Source: a virus (Duplodnaviria > Heunggongvirae > Uroviricota > Caudoviricetes). From it: a stretch of 21,103 nt of DNA. A model generated the notes under the pieces. That model was given only the letters and a program-made list of their open reading frames with translations. It was not told where the DNA came from and made no database searches. Below, piece by piece: positions 1 through 7,672 of this stretch. Each line of letters opens with the position of its first letter. Position 1 is the stretch's first letter. A program made the position numbers and the translations under genes. The stretch covers positions 1 through 21,103 of the IMG/VR virus record IMGVR_UViG_2547132281_000013, one strand, 5' to 3'.

Positions 1-852
1 GTGATTGCTTTACTACTGATTCCCATTCTTGTTAGCGGCTACATTTTAGTAGTCGCTAATTTATATCATTACTATCAATTGCATCGATACGATGGCCAAC
101 TTTTGTATATAAAAGTTGCAGCTCATGGAACAATGAGTGTTGTTTTTGTGATTTTAGCAGCAGTAGTAGTGAAATATTTCTTTCCTAATTTTCACCCAAT
201 AGGAATGCTTTCAGATATTCTTAATGTCAAGAAAATAATAAATGGTAATAAAGCTGAAACATGGCTTGCTTTGATTTCATTATCATCAATTATATTTTCT
301 TTAATTTGGGTGGCTTTAGTTTGGTTAAAAAATATGTTTTTTGGTTTCTTTTGTGAAAAGAAACATCATGAAAACATCTTTCATGCTAAGAAACTTAGAG
401 TATTAAGAAAAACAATTTCTAACTCAACTTTGGATAGTATGCTTTTAGATGCATTAGAAAGCAGTCCTAAAGAACCGATTCTAATAACCTTATCTTCACG
501 GAAAGTTTATGTTGGTATAGTTAATGGAATTCAAGAACCAACAGAAAGCGAAGCGCCAAATAGTTATATATCAATTTTCCCTATTATGTCAGGCTATAGA
601 GATAAAGATACTCTTTCCATCACCTTTACGAATTCATATCCATCAGAAGTACTAGTGAGTTCAGCTATTACAATGGACTCCCAAAAAAGGCATAAAGTGA
701 AAAATATGGATATAATATTTCGTGCTGATGAAATTTCTCATCTTTCATGGTTCGATTTTGAACTATTTGAACAAGTCAATGATTCGATGAAGCACGATAC
801 CATTGACTTGCGAAGTGAGACTTACTCAGGGGAAACTAGCGAAAATTTTTAG
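1..852 (+). CDS. hypothetical polytopic membrane protein, AT-rich cargo gene; 5' end may extend beyond the window
   Basis: Open frame from base 1 (GTG) to 852. Three N-terminal hydrophobic segments (LLLIPILVSGYILVVANL, VVFVILAAVVV, LALISLSSIIFSLIWVALVWL) followed by a soluble domain of about 170 aa. Markedly AT-rich compared with the adjacent integrase gene. Converges on and overlaps the int 3' end by 17 bp. No family recognised. Confidence 0.45.
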   Translation: MIALLLIPILVSGYILVVANLYHYYQLHRYDGQLLYIKVAAHGTMSVVFVILAAVVVKYFFPNFHPIGMLSDILNVKKIINGNKAETWLALISLSSIIFSLIWVALVWLKNMFFGFFCEKKHHENIFHAKKLRVLRKTISNSTLDSMLLDALESSPKEPILITLSSRKVYVGIVNGIQEPTESEAPNSYISIFPIMSGYRDKDTLSITFTNSYPSEVLVSSAITMDSQKRHKVKNMDIIFRADEISHLSWFDFELFEQVNDSMKHDTIDLRSETYSGETSENF

Positions 853-2044
853 TAATTTCAGGTTTCGCTAAAATTTCAGCATGAGGTACACACACCCAAT
901 CGATATGATTTTTAGTATAAATTTTTGTAGATTTGGCGTCGCTGTGTGCCATGCGGCCTTGCGGATCTATTCCCTGCTGATCGAAAAGGTGTGCCGCCAG
1001 CGCACGGATTTCGTGGAAGGTTGGTCTTTCTTCCATGGGTACATTGTCAAATAGTCTCAACCGATCACGAATTGCGGAAAACGATCTACTTAAATAATCT
1101 GGGGCAACTTGTGTCGGATGTGAAACCTCTTTGCTTCGTTTAACTTGGCGTTCTGGGATCCTGTGAACGACAAACGGACTTGCCACATTATCTCTGCTAT
1201 CGTCAATTATCCGTTTCAACTCTTCACCAATCGGTATTGCAACGTGTGATGCCTCTTTTTTTTGTACTTTCTGCCTATGGATATATAGTGTCCCATAAAT
1301 ACCGTTTTTTGGCTGTTCTAACCATACGCACCCGCAGATGCCGTCTTTAGGTTCGCGAATTGAGTAACGGATTCGCGATACTTCGAGTCGTGCATGTGTA
1401 GTTTGCAATGCTAGATCCATTGCTGTTCTTAACCATGGTGCAGCGGCCTGCCTGATAGCTATAAAATGCTCGAGTGACAGGCGCCGTCTTTTCTTCTCAT
1501 CAGTCCTACGCATTTTTTTTCTGATGGCCGGGTTATCCAGCATTAGTGATTCATCGACCGCATAAGAGAACAACTTTTTAAGAAAGCTGACCTTTCTGTT
1601 CTGCACATTTGCGGATGCGCTGGCATGATATTTGTTGATGTAGGTATTAACGTGTTCAAGTTCGATATCGCATGCCGGAACATTTACGAAAAACGCTTTT
1701 ACGCGTAGAGCGTCATTTTTCCAGTCATCTAAGGTACTCTGGGAAGGACGTTCGTCTTCGATAATCCGGGTCATTATGTGATCAACATGTTCAGCAAATG
1801 GTTTTGCTTCTCCGATAACACCGCCAGATTCTCTAATAAGATTTTCTACTGATGGAGATAATTCTGGTCTCATCCTCAGGTTGTACTCTCTGGCGATTGC
1901 AATAGCTATTGCCCTATCCTTACCTATATTTTTCTTCTTTCCGGTAATAAGTGTGAATTTATAAACACCTCGATCTTTATCAAAAATCAGATAATCAGGA
2001 AGATGTCTGTATTCTTTTTTACGTGGCCTTGCCGCCATGGTCAC
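836..2044 (-). CDS. int: tyrosine-type site-specific recombinase, lambda-family phage integrase
   Basis: 402-aa ORF. The C-terminal region carries the catalytic signature of tyrosine recombinases (PTFHEIRALAAHLF ... AHSDAKSTKIYTKNH, with the HxxR box and terminal Tyr), and the overall layout resembles lambda Int. It sits immediately downstream of an excisionase-like gene with start/stop overlap. Confidence 0.85.
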   Translation of the reverse strand: MTMAARPRKKEYRHLPDYLIFDKDRGVYKFTLITGKKKNIGKDRAIAIAIAREYNLRMRPELSPSVENLIRESGGVIGEAKPFAEHVDHIMTRIIEDERPSQSTLDDWKNDALRVKAFFVNVPACDIELEHVNTYINKYHASASANVQNRKVSFLKKLFSYAVDESLMLDNPAIRKKMRRTDEKKRRRLSLEHFIAIRQAAAPWLRTAMDLALQTTHARLEVSRIRYSIREPKDGICGCVWLEQPKNGIYGTLYIHRQKVQKKEASHVAIPIGEELKRIIDDSRDNVASPFVVHRIPERQVKRSKEVSHPTQVAPDYLSRSFSAIRDRLRLFDNVPMEERPTFHEIRALAAHLFDQQGIDPQGRMAHSDAKSTKIYTKNHIDWVCVPHAEILAKPEITKNFR

Positions 2045-2295
2045 CCCTCGTTTATTAACTTGCGAACAGCTTGACTAACCATTGAGTCGACTCCCCATTT
2101 TTCTGTTTCGCAGACAAAAACAGAACCGTCCACGATGCGTCCCATGAGTAGACCGTTCTCGACCCAACGTTTTATCGTTCGGTTGTCAGGAATTGAGCCA
2201 TTAGAGAATTCACGGCGTCCCCATTGGCTCGCTTTCATTAGTTTTGCCATGGCTGTTTCTCCACTTAGCCCGCTGCACTCGGGCAGTAATATCAA
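2041..2295 (-). CDS. xis: excisionase-like small DNA-binding protein
   Basis: Small ORF directly upstream of int, with its stop overlapping the int start. Basic/aromatic composition typical of Xis-type proteins (KRWVENGLLMGRIVDGSVFVCETE). The more likely start is the internal ATG at 2250 (MAKLMK...), which has a GGAG about 8 nt upstream; the maximal ORF is reported. Confidence 0.5.
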   Translation of the reverse strand: MILLPECSGLSGETAMAKLMKASQWGRREFSNGSIPDNRTIKRWVENGLLMGRIVDGSVFVCETEKWGVDSMVSQAVRKLINEG

Positions 2296-2311
2296 ATTCC
2301 AGTCCTGATAA

Positions 2312-2470
2312 TTAATTTTGTTCTCTGGTTGCTACCTGTTTTATTGGCCTGATGCTGTCCAGGATAAGACGGCGACGCATGTTTGGCGCACCCCAACGGT
2401 AACCAGTCTTTTTGTCGTAGGATTCACAACGTCCGGCAACCCAGGACGTTTCAGTGGAATGTAATTTCAT
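2312..2470 (-). CDS. small hypothetical protein, 52 aa (below the ORF-track cutoff)
   Basis: Hand translation of the minus strand: MKLHSTETSWVAGRCESYDKKTGYRWGAPNMRRRLILDSIRPIKQVATREQN. It fills the gap between xis and the DUF551-like gene in the same leftward operon. Shine-Dalgarno is weak. Confidence 0.25.
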   Translation of the reverse strand: MKLHSTETSWVAGRCESYDKKTGYRWGAPNMRRRLILDSIRPIKQVATREQN

Positions 2471-2525
2471 CCGCTTTTCACCGTCTCGGGTGAGATAACA
2501 ATTCCTGTATGAGTTTTTATCACGC

Positions 2526-2888
2526 TCATTTCTTAGTCTCCGGTGCTTTCGGCATTACTGCCCAGTGAGTGATATTGACGTTTTCAAGGTCCCCGACCTG
2601 AAATGTCCACTGCCATTCTCCGGTTTCTTTTTGCCCCCATGTGTACCAGAGAGAACGCCAGCCAATCAGCCAGCCTTCTCCACTAGCATCAAATAACAGA
2701 ACACTTTCATTTGCTGGTGGCAGTTCAGCTGACACTGGTATTATTTTGTTTTCCAGTGCCGCACATTTAGCTTCAAGCGCGTTGAATTTACGTACCAGGT
2801 ACTCAGCATTTGTTTCGTTCACTTTCAGATCTCGCGGTACACATTTCCCGCGAAGAAACCCTTCCATTTCGAAAACATTCATGCGCAT
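2526..2888 (-). CDS. DUF551/Ea22-like prophage early protein
   Basis: 120-aa ORF with a Trp-rich C-terminus (GWRSLWYTWGQKETGEWQWTF...ITHWAVMP) resembling the DUF551 domain of lambdoid early-left proteins. Assigned from memory of the motif, not by search. Confidence 0.4.
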   Translation of the reverse strand: MRMNVFEMEGFLRGKCVPRDLKVNETNAEYLVRKFNALEAKCAALENKIIPVSAELPPANESVLLFDASGEGWLIGWRSLWYTWGQKETGEWQWTFQVGDLENVNITHWAVMPKAPETKK

Positions 2889-3414
2889 TTGCGTAACTCC
2901 GATAACTCGTTAAAACGTTCCATAAACATCCCGTAGGCCTGGCCCGGTGCCAGTGGAATCACGTTGAACATCTCTGTTGCCGGGATGCCTTCCAGTACAG
3001 GCCAGAAAGAGCCATCATCAAGCCCGAGATCGCGGCGTTCGGTTGCCAGCATGATGAGATCGGCATATTTCACAGGCGTGCTCATAACCGGGGTAACCCG
3101 TATTTCTCACGGATTACAGCGTCTATTTTTTCTTCCATCCGTTTATAGTCAGGAAGAAGGCGTTTCAGTGGCGCCGGGATGTCCTGGCAATACGCTTCTG
3201 TTGCATCATGCATTAACGCTTCAAAAGCAAATTCCTGCGGTACCAGTTGGCTGCAAAGCACCGCATGTTGGGCGACGCTGTAGAAATGTGAAAGATGTCC
3301 TGCAAAGCGACAGATATTTGAAAGAGAAACCGCGATATCGTTAATAACGATGTCGTCTTTATTTATCCTGTCATAATAAAAATGCTTCCCGGAAAAAGTT
3401 TTAATAAATGACAT
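2879..3414 (-). pseudogene. yfdR: HD-domain 5'-nucleotidase-like gene (YfdR-like) split by a frameshift at a homopolymer
   Basis: Two adjacent minus-strand ORFs: 3082-3414 (MSFIKTF...REKYGLPRL, with the His and HD motifs AGHLSH and LMHDATEAY) and 2879-3085 (MSTPVKYADL...). They overlap at the tract CCGGGG (plus 3088-3093). Inserting one G/C restores a single 178-aa frame (...GLPPVMSTPVKY...). The likely start is the ATG at 3414, which has GGAG 8 nt upstream. Confidence 0.6.
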
Positions 3415-3507
3415 TTTGTTCTCCACGTATATGCGCTGCACCGCGCTGAATTCTGGTAAAAGGAAGCCCTCACCATCCGGCGATTATTGAGTCAATTACG
3501 TTTCCAT

Positions 3508-3529
3508 AAATGCCCCCGCAGGGGCATTT
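3508..3529 (-). terminator. perfect 9-bp GC-rich hairpin between yfdQ-like and yfdR-like genes (attenuator or weak terminator)
   Basis: AAATGCCCC-CGCA-GGGGCATTT. The U-tract on the minus transcript is only partial (AUUUAU). Confidence 0.3.
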
Positions 3530-3541
3530 GCAGTAATGAAA

Positions 3542-4366
3542 TCAGGCGGTGAAAGTACCAATAAAGGTTTCTACTTTGCTGTCCTTGAATTTCTCAACAA
3601 GCAGATCACGAAATTCGTTAGCCATTTCTTCCTGCACTGCTTCCAGCTGAATAATGCGCAGAACCAGTACAGGACGATCGCCAGTGATAATGCTGAGGCG
3701 TAATTTAAACGGACGTTCTTTCAGGCCTTCAAACGGAACGCATTTAAATTCAAATGCCACAGGCATAATATCTTTGGTCTTCGCTTCGACAGACTCCATC
3801 AGGGAGCGTTTGCCGCTGAAGTCATTGTCTTCAAAATCAGCGGTCTGGTTTGCTTCAATCGTGATTTTACGGACTGCCGCAGCCGCTTTTGTTGCCTGAA
3901 TGGCATCACCATTAGCATCAAAGCCCACAAGGTAGTCGGCCCAGTCTTCGATCCATTCTGCCAGTGACTTCTGGGAGTTACGCTCGCCGTTAACAGACAA
4001 CAGAGCAGAGAACGGTGCTGTCTTTTTCAGTTTGAGAGTGGCAGTGTTATCTGCGTGACCTGGCTCATCAATAGTACCCAGGTTAAGCACACTGACGGCA
4101 CGCATATTATCGGCATCGATAAAGCAGCGGGTGCCTTCATCTGCAAGATCTTTAGAATAACGGGTAAAGTCATCGATGCTGGCAGTGGAAAGCGCACCAC
4201 GGAAACGGAAACGATTTAAATTAAATTTTTCCAGATCATGAATGCGGAAATTCTCAGGCAATGCCACAGCATCGGCACCAATCTTACTGATAATTTCATT
4301 AACACCCTGAGCAGAAATAAGGGCATGGATTTGATTAATTGCGGTTACGTCTAAGTTCTGAGACAT
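3542..4366 (-). CDS. yfdQ: YfdQ-like prophage protein (DUF2303 family)
   Basis: 274-aa ORF with GAGGA 7 nt upstream of the ATG. Length and sequence are recalled as matching CPS-53 YfdQ; assigned from memory. Confidence 0.55.
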   Translation of the reverse strand: MSQNLDVTAINQIHALISAQGVNEIISKIGADAVALPENFRIHDLEKFNLNRFRFRGALSTASIDDFTRYSKDLADEGTRCFIDADNMRAVSVLNLGTIDEPGHADNTATLKLKKTAPFSALLSVNGERNSQKSLAEWIEDWADYLVGFDANGDAIQATKAAAAVRKITIEANQTADFEDNDFSGKRSLMESVEAKTKDIMPVAFEFKCVPFEGLKERPFKLRLSIITGDRPVLVLRIIQLEAVQEEMANEFRDLLVEKFKDSKVETFIGTFTA

Positions 4367-4431
4367 AATAAGTCCTCACTATATAAAGATATTCAGTGAT
4401 GAGATAAATAATCAGTTTATTAAGAACGATA

Positions 4432-4794
4432 TTAACGACCTGCTGCGCGGAGTTTTCCGTCAGGTTCACCGGCAAGAGTCAGTAATTGTCCCTGGTCTTC
4501 CTGCAGAATAGTCAGGCGACCACCGCGATCGACATACATTGGCGTTTCGGTGGTGTCTTCTTCGGAAATTTTCCCGCGGTTAGTCGGGCGAACATATGAG
4601 AGTTTGTGTTTGATTTTCACACGGTTCTCATCAAACGGTTCGATTTCCAGATTGAGTGAGACCTTCCCTTTGGTTTTCGTGTTCATCACACCGGAAGCGA
4701 CTTCACTGAGAACTGCGCCGATTTTGGTTTCAAATACGCCGCCGTCCAGCTCCCCGATAAATGCCTGCACATCAGTACTGCGTTCGCTAGCCAT
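4432..4794 (-). CDS. yfdP: YfdP-like prophage protein
   Basis: Within ORF 4432-5112 the coding-like part begins at the internal ATG at 4794 (MASERSTDVQAFIGELDGG..., 120 aa), which has GAGGAG 9 nt upstream. The upstream extension is Arg/Cys-rich and not protein-like. Confidence 0.5.
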   Translation of the reverse strand: MASERSTDVQAFIGELDGGVFETKIGAVLSEVASGVMNTKTKGKVSLNLEIEPFDENRVKIKHKLSYVRPTNRGKISEEDTTETPMYVDRGGRLTILQEDQGQLLTLAGEPDGKLRAAGR

Positions 4795-4930
4795 TTTGCT
4801 GCTCCTCATCATATCGACCCTGCAAGGCCGATTAGTTTCTCCACAAAACAGAGAAGAACACCTGCGGTGGCAGCCGCCCGGATGGATTGGGTTATGAGCC
4901 CGTCGTCCGGTGATGCTCTTCTCTGTTTTG

Positions 4931-4977
4931 TAAAAAGAGCGGTACCAGCCGGAAGCAAGGGTACAAACTGGTACCGC
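4931..4977 (-). terminator. tL-like hairpin followed by a T-run on the minus strand
   Basis: 10-bp perfect inverted repeat GCGGTACCAG / CTGGTACCGC (4939-4948 and 4968-4977) with a 19-nt loop. On the minus transcript it is followed immediately by UCUUUUUA. Confidence 0.35.
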
Positions 4978-5194
4978 CAGGACTACACACAGCATAAAGT
5001 TGTGGTGCCGGGTGCCTCCCGGTGCCTGGCGAAGGTTGCACACCAGACGGGTGGGTATCCACAGAAGGTCGACTGTCAGCCTCAACCTTAACCCGCGTGC
5101 GCTGAGCCGCATTCACCACAACGCTAAGGATTCTCTCTGGTTGAAAATACTTAGCTGTTATGTGCCTGCTTTTAGCCACATCAGGCGAGGTGGA

Positions 5195-5248
5195 CCTGGT
5201 TATTCCCCAACAACAAGGATTCGGTTAATCTGGTTATCCCCAACAACG
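5195..5248 (+). repeat. imperfect direct repeat (CTGGTTAT[T]CCCCAACAAC, two copies) just upstream of ORF 5263
   Basis: Copies at about 5195-5215 and 5230-5248, ending 15 bp before the RBS (AAGGAAAAG) of the 144-aa ORF. Confidence 0.4.
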
Positions 5249-5262
5249 CAAAAGGAAAAGAA

Positions 5263-5697
5263 ATGTCCGGTAATATCTACACGCTGTACAAATCCCACTG
5301 TGAAAATGTTGGAAAGTATCGGGGCATTGAAATCAGTGGGGTAGTGTCATCAGTCGAAATAAGCAGAGTGGAATCAAGGGCAACATTACTTACTCTTCTG
5401 GACCTTGTCTTACATGAGCACCGGAAGAAATTCGGCACTCCCTATAATCAGTTGAATGGGAAAAAGGCTCTGGTTCACCTTATTCTGATGAAGCATCACT
5501 GGATGCCAAAACAGATTAATGAGATGAAATTCGATGAACTTCTTCTTTCAATTCAGGATGAACTCACACTTGATAAAATAAGCGTAACCGCCCAGAAATT
5601 TTTAGATTATCGAGACTGGAGATCACAAATTCATCACTTTGATGATTTTGACGAAAATGAATGGGAGCCTAATTTGTCTGCACAATATCTAAAGTAA
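5263..5697 (+). CDS. hypothetical protein, 144 aa; moron-like gene antisense to the leftward early operon
   Basis: ATG with AAGGAAAAG RBS. No transmembrane segment and no recognised domain. Its 3' end overlaps the convergent small ORF at 5669-5875 by 29 bp. Confidence 0.45.
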   Translation: MSGNIYTLYKSHCENVGKYRGIEISGVVSSVEISRVESRATLLTLLDLVLHEHRKKFGTPYNQLNGKKALVHLILMKHHWMPKQINEMKFDELLLSIQDELTLDKISVTAQKFLDYRDWRSQIHHFDDFDENEWEPNLSAQYLK

Positions 5698-5875
5698 CAT
5701 CCTGTGATAAAACCGTGATTTCCTGATCCAGTTTTTTTAAGGAGTCTATTGTTTCCTGTCGATAAGACAGCACTTCACGAAGCTGGTTTATAGCTGCCAG
5801 CTTCTTTGTCATCCACTCGTAAATTTCCTCATTTGTGTATCCGGGCGCGACGATTTTTGGTTCTTTTTTGTGCAT
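5669..5875 (-). CDS. small hypothetical protein, 68 aa; first gene of the leftward (PL-like) operon
   Basis: The ORF track begins at a TTG, but the likely start is the ATG at 5875 (MHKKEPKIV...), which has GAGGAGG 7 nt upstream. Not Arg-rich, so not an obvious N-type antiterminator. Confidence 0.4.
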   Translation of the reverse strand: MHKKEPKIVAPGYTNEEIYEWMTKKLAAINQLREVLSYRQETIDSLKKLDQEITVLSQDVTLDIVQTN

Positions 5876-5935
5876 TTCACACCTCCTCAAGTTATCAGTT
5901 ACTTGTTGATGGGGACCAGATTGTTAAAGAGCTAA

Positions 5936-5956
5936 GCGCCCGAAAGGGCGTTTTTT
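5936..5956 (+). terminator. putative rho-independent terminator on the plus strand
   Basis: GCGCCC-GAAA-GGGCG followed by TTTTTT. Confidence 0.4.
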
Positions 5957-6025
5957 GTTGCTAACGAATCATCCTGGACTTCATATGCCTCAGGCGGCTA
6001 CTTCGTGGGCGTCCTGCCTGTTCTT

Positions 6026-6062
6026 TGTTTCGTTTGGGTACATTATGTATCTCAAGGGTACA
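6026..6062. promoter_or_regulatory. OL-like operator pair
   Basis: TGTTT-N7-GTACA (6026-6042) and TGTAT-N7-GTACA (6046-6062). The GGGTACATT motif occurs twice. Same half-site family as the cI/cro intergenic operators. Confidence 0.45.
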
Positions 6063-6073
6063 TTGTCAAGTAT

Positions 6074-6096
6074 AAAAAAACCTGCCGAAGCAGGTT
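6074..6096 (-). terminator. rho-independent terminator downstream of the repressor gene
   Basis: Minus-strand stem AACCTGC-TTCG-GCAGGTT followed by a run of seven T; lies 13 bp past the cI stop. Confidence 0.5.
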
Positions 6097-6108
6097 CATA
6101 GACATTGA

Positions 6109-6783
6109 TTAGGCTTTGATTTTGTATCTTCTTGGTTTTCCTGAGAAAATCACTGTACCAATTATAGAGCAATTACCGTTGATCTTAATGTAAGGCTCAG
6201 GCCAATTTGGGTTTAACGCTTTGAGATAACGCTGTGTCCCATCTTCTATCAACCTTTTGAAGGTGGTTTCACCTGTATCGTGCATCAATGCAATAACATC
6301 GTCACCGTGGCAGGCAGGTACTTCAGGATCGACAAAAATCATGTCTCCCGGGCGGTACTCATCAATCATTGAATCACCTATCACCCGCAAGATATAAGTC
6401 ATTTCCCCACAGGGTACAGGGCAGGGATACGTTTCTGCTGTGCTCAAATCAACCTCAGAATATCCAACTTCTTTCCATGCTCCGGCCTGTACCCATGATA
6501 TGACAGGGACTAATGTGATTTGTTTATTAGTGATTGAAACATCAGGTTTTTTTGTGATGTTCGTTGTCTGGTGTTCTTGATCGAGCCATCCGATAGGCAG
6601 GTCGAAACATTTTTCGATGTGTCGTGCCATGCTGTCACCGATATTTTTAGTAGCACCATCTCCCATAAACCTGCTGGTCTGGGTTGGCTCGCGATCAATC
6701 ATAGTGGCAAAGGAAGAATTCCCGCCAACACCATCTCTCAGTTTTCTGGCGTTAGACCGCCGGATGTCATGGATTGTTTTCAT
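6109..6783 (-). CDS. cI: CI-like prophage repressor (N-terminal HTH, C-terminal S24 LexA-type autopeptidase)
   Basis: 224 aa. The C-terminal domain carries the S24 catalytic Ser (RVIGDSM) and a downstream Lys (TTFKRL). Divergent from a Cro-like gene across an operator-bearing intergenic region. Confidence 0.85.
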   Translation of the reverse strand: MKTIHDIRRSNARKLRDGVGGNSSFATMIDREPTQTSRFMGDGATKNIGDSMARHIEKCFDLPIGWLDQEHQTTNITKKPDVSITNKQITLVPVISWVQAGAWKEVGYSEVDLSTAETYPCPVPCGEMTYILRVIGDSMIDEYRPGDMIFVDPEVPACHGDDVIALMHDTGETTFKRLIEDGTQRYLKALNPNWPEPYIKINGNCSIIGTVIFSGKPRRYKIKA

Positions 6784-6873
6784 AACGAAATTAAAACCCT
6801 TGTACCGTTAAGGTACAAGTGTCTTGAAGGTTCATTTCAATCATGTAATATGTACACCGGAGGTACATATTGT
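6784..6873. promoter_or_regulatory. divergent immunity control region (OR/PR/PRM-like)
   Basis: Two dyad operators TGTAC-N7-GTACA at 6801-6817 (within the 21-bp palindrome CTTGTACCGTTAAGGTACAAG) and 6851-6867. Candidate rightward promoter: -35 TTGAAG (6824-6829), 16-bp spacer, -10 TAATAT (6846-6851). The second operator overlaps the -10 and the start site. Confidence 0.55.
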
Positions 6874-7074
6874 ATGAAAGCGTATTGGGACTCTTTAACC
6901 AAAGAACAGCAGGGCGAGTTGGCCGGAAAAGTTGGCTCAACACCTGGCTACTTACGGCTGGTTTTCAATGGCTATAAAAAAGCCAGTTTTGTGCTGGCTA
7001 AAAAACTTGAGCAATGCACGTCAGGTGCAATTACGAAATCTGACTTAAGACCGGATATCTATCCGAAAGATTAG
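6874..7074 (+). CDS. cro: Cro-like HTH regulator
   Basis: 66 aa from the ATG at 6874, with GGAGG 10 nt upstream. The longer ORF-track frame (6571-) runs antisense into cI and is rejected. Confidence 0.6.
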   Translation: MKAYWDSLTKEQQGELAGKVGSTPGYLRLVFNGYKKASFVLAKKLEQCTSGAITKSDLRPDIYPKD

Positions 7075-7105
7075 CAGAACACCTTCAATTTTTAACCACA
7101 GAACG

Positions 7106-7672
7106 ATGAGGCTAACCGTGGGTAAGCATCACTGGAAAATAGAAAAACAGCCTGAGTGGTACGTGAAAGCTGTCAGAAAAACTATCGCAGCGTTGCCGGG
7201 GGGTTACGCTGAAGCAGCTGACTGGCTGGATGTAACAGAGAACGCATTATTTAACCGCCTTCGTGCCGATGGCGATCAGATTTTCCCGCTGGGATGGGCA
7301 ATGATTTTGCAACGTGCTGGTGGAACTCACTTCATTGCTGACGCTGTGGCGCAGTCTGCAAATGGCGTCTTTGTGTCTCTTCCTGATGTCGAGGATGTGG
7401 ACAACGCCGATATCAACCAACGCCTGCTGGAGGTCATTGAACAGATCGGCAGTTATTCAAAACAGATTCGTTCAGCAATTGAAGACGGTGTAGTGGAACC
7501 GCATGAGAAGACAGCAATTAACGACGAGCTGTACCTCTCAATTTCGAAGCTGCAGGAGCATGCAGCACTGGTCTACAAAATTTTTAGTACATTCAAGAGA
7601 AGTAATGACGCCCGCGAGTGTGCAGCTCCGGGCGCCGTGGCGTGTCGTGACTGTGGAGAAACTAACGCATGA
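7106..7672 (+). CDS. YmfL-like putative early regulator (CII-position gene)
   Basis: 188 aa, immediately downstream of cro. Length and position match e14 ymfL from memory. An alternative GTG start at 7121 has a better SD. Confidence 0.45.
   Translation: MRLTVGKHHWKIEKQPEWYVKAVRKTIAALPGGYAEAADWLDVTENALFNRLRADGDQIFPLGWAMILQRAGGTHFIADAVAQSANGVFVSLPDVEDVDNADINQRLLEVIEQIGSYSKQIRSAIEDGVVEPHEKTAINDELYLSISKLQEHAALVYKIFSTFKRSNDARECAAPGAVACRDCGETNA

Noticed and set aside
1-852. Lit (e14 abortive-infection metalloprotease) as the identity of the first ORF
   Set aside because: The only candidate zinc motif is HENIFH (HExxxH), not HEXXH, and the protein is polytopic with AT-rich codons; not supported as Lit without a search.
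4795-5112. N-terminal extension of the YfdP-like ORF (226-aa version) and overlapping ORFs 4867-5091, 4892-5179 and 5000-5344
   Set aside because: Composition is not protein-like and there is no RBS, whereas the internal ATG at 4794 has GAGGAG at ideal spacing. The region is treated as non-coding and structured.
5669-5875. Lambda N-type antiterminator as the identity of the 68-aa first leftward gene
   Set aside because: It has no Arg-rich RNA-binding motif and I could not identify a convincing boxA/boxB nut site nearby, so it is left as hypothetical.
6571-6873. Long 167-aa plus-strand frame starting inside cI
   Set aside because: The first ~100 codons are antisense to the repressor gene; the real Cro-like start is the ATG at 6874 with GGAGG upstream.
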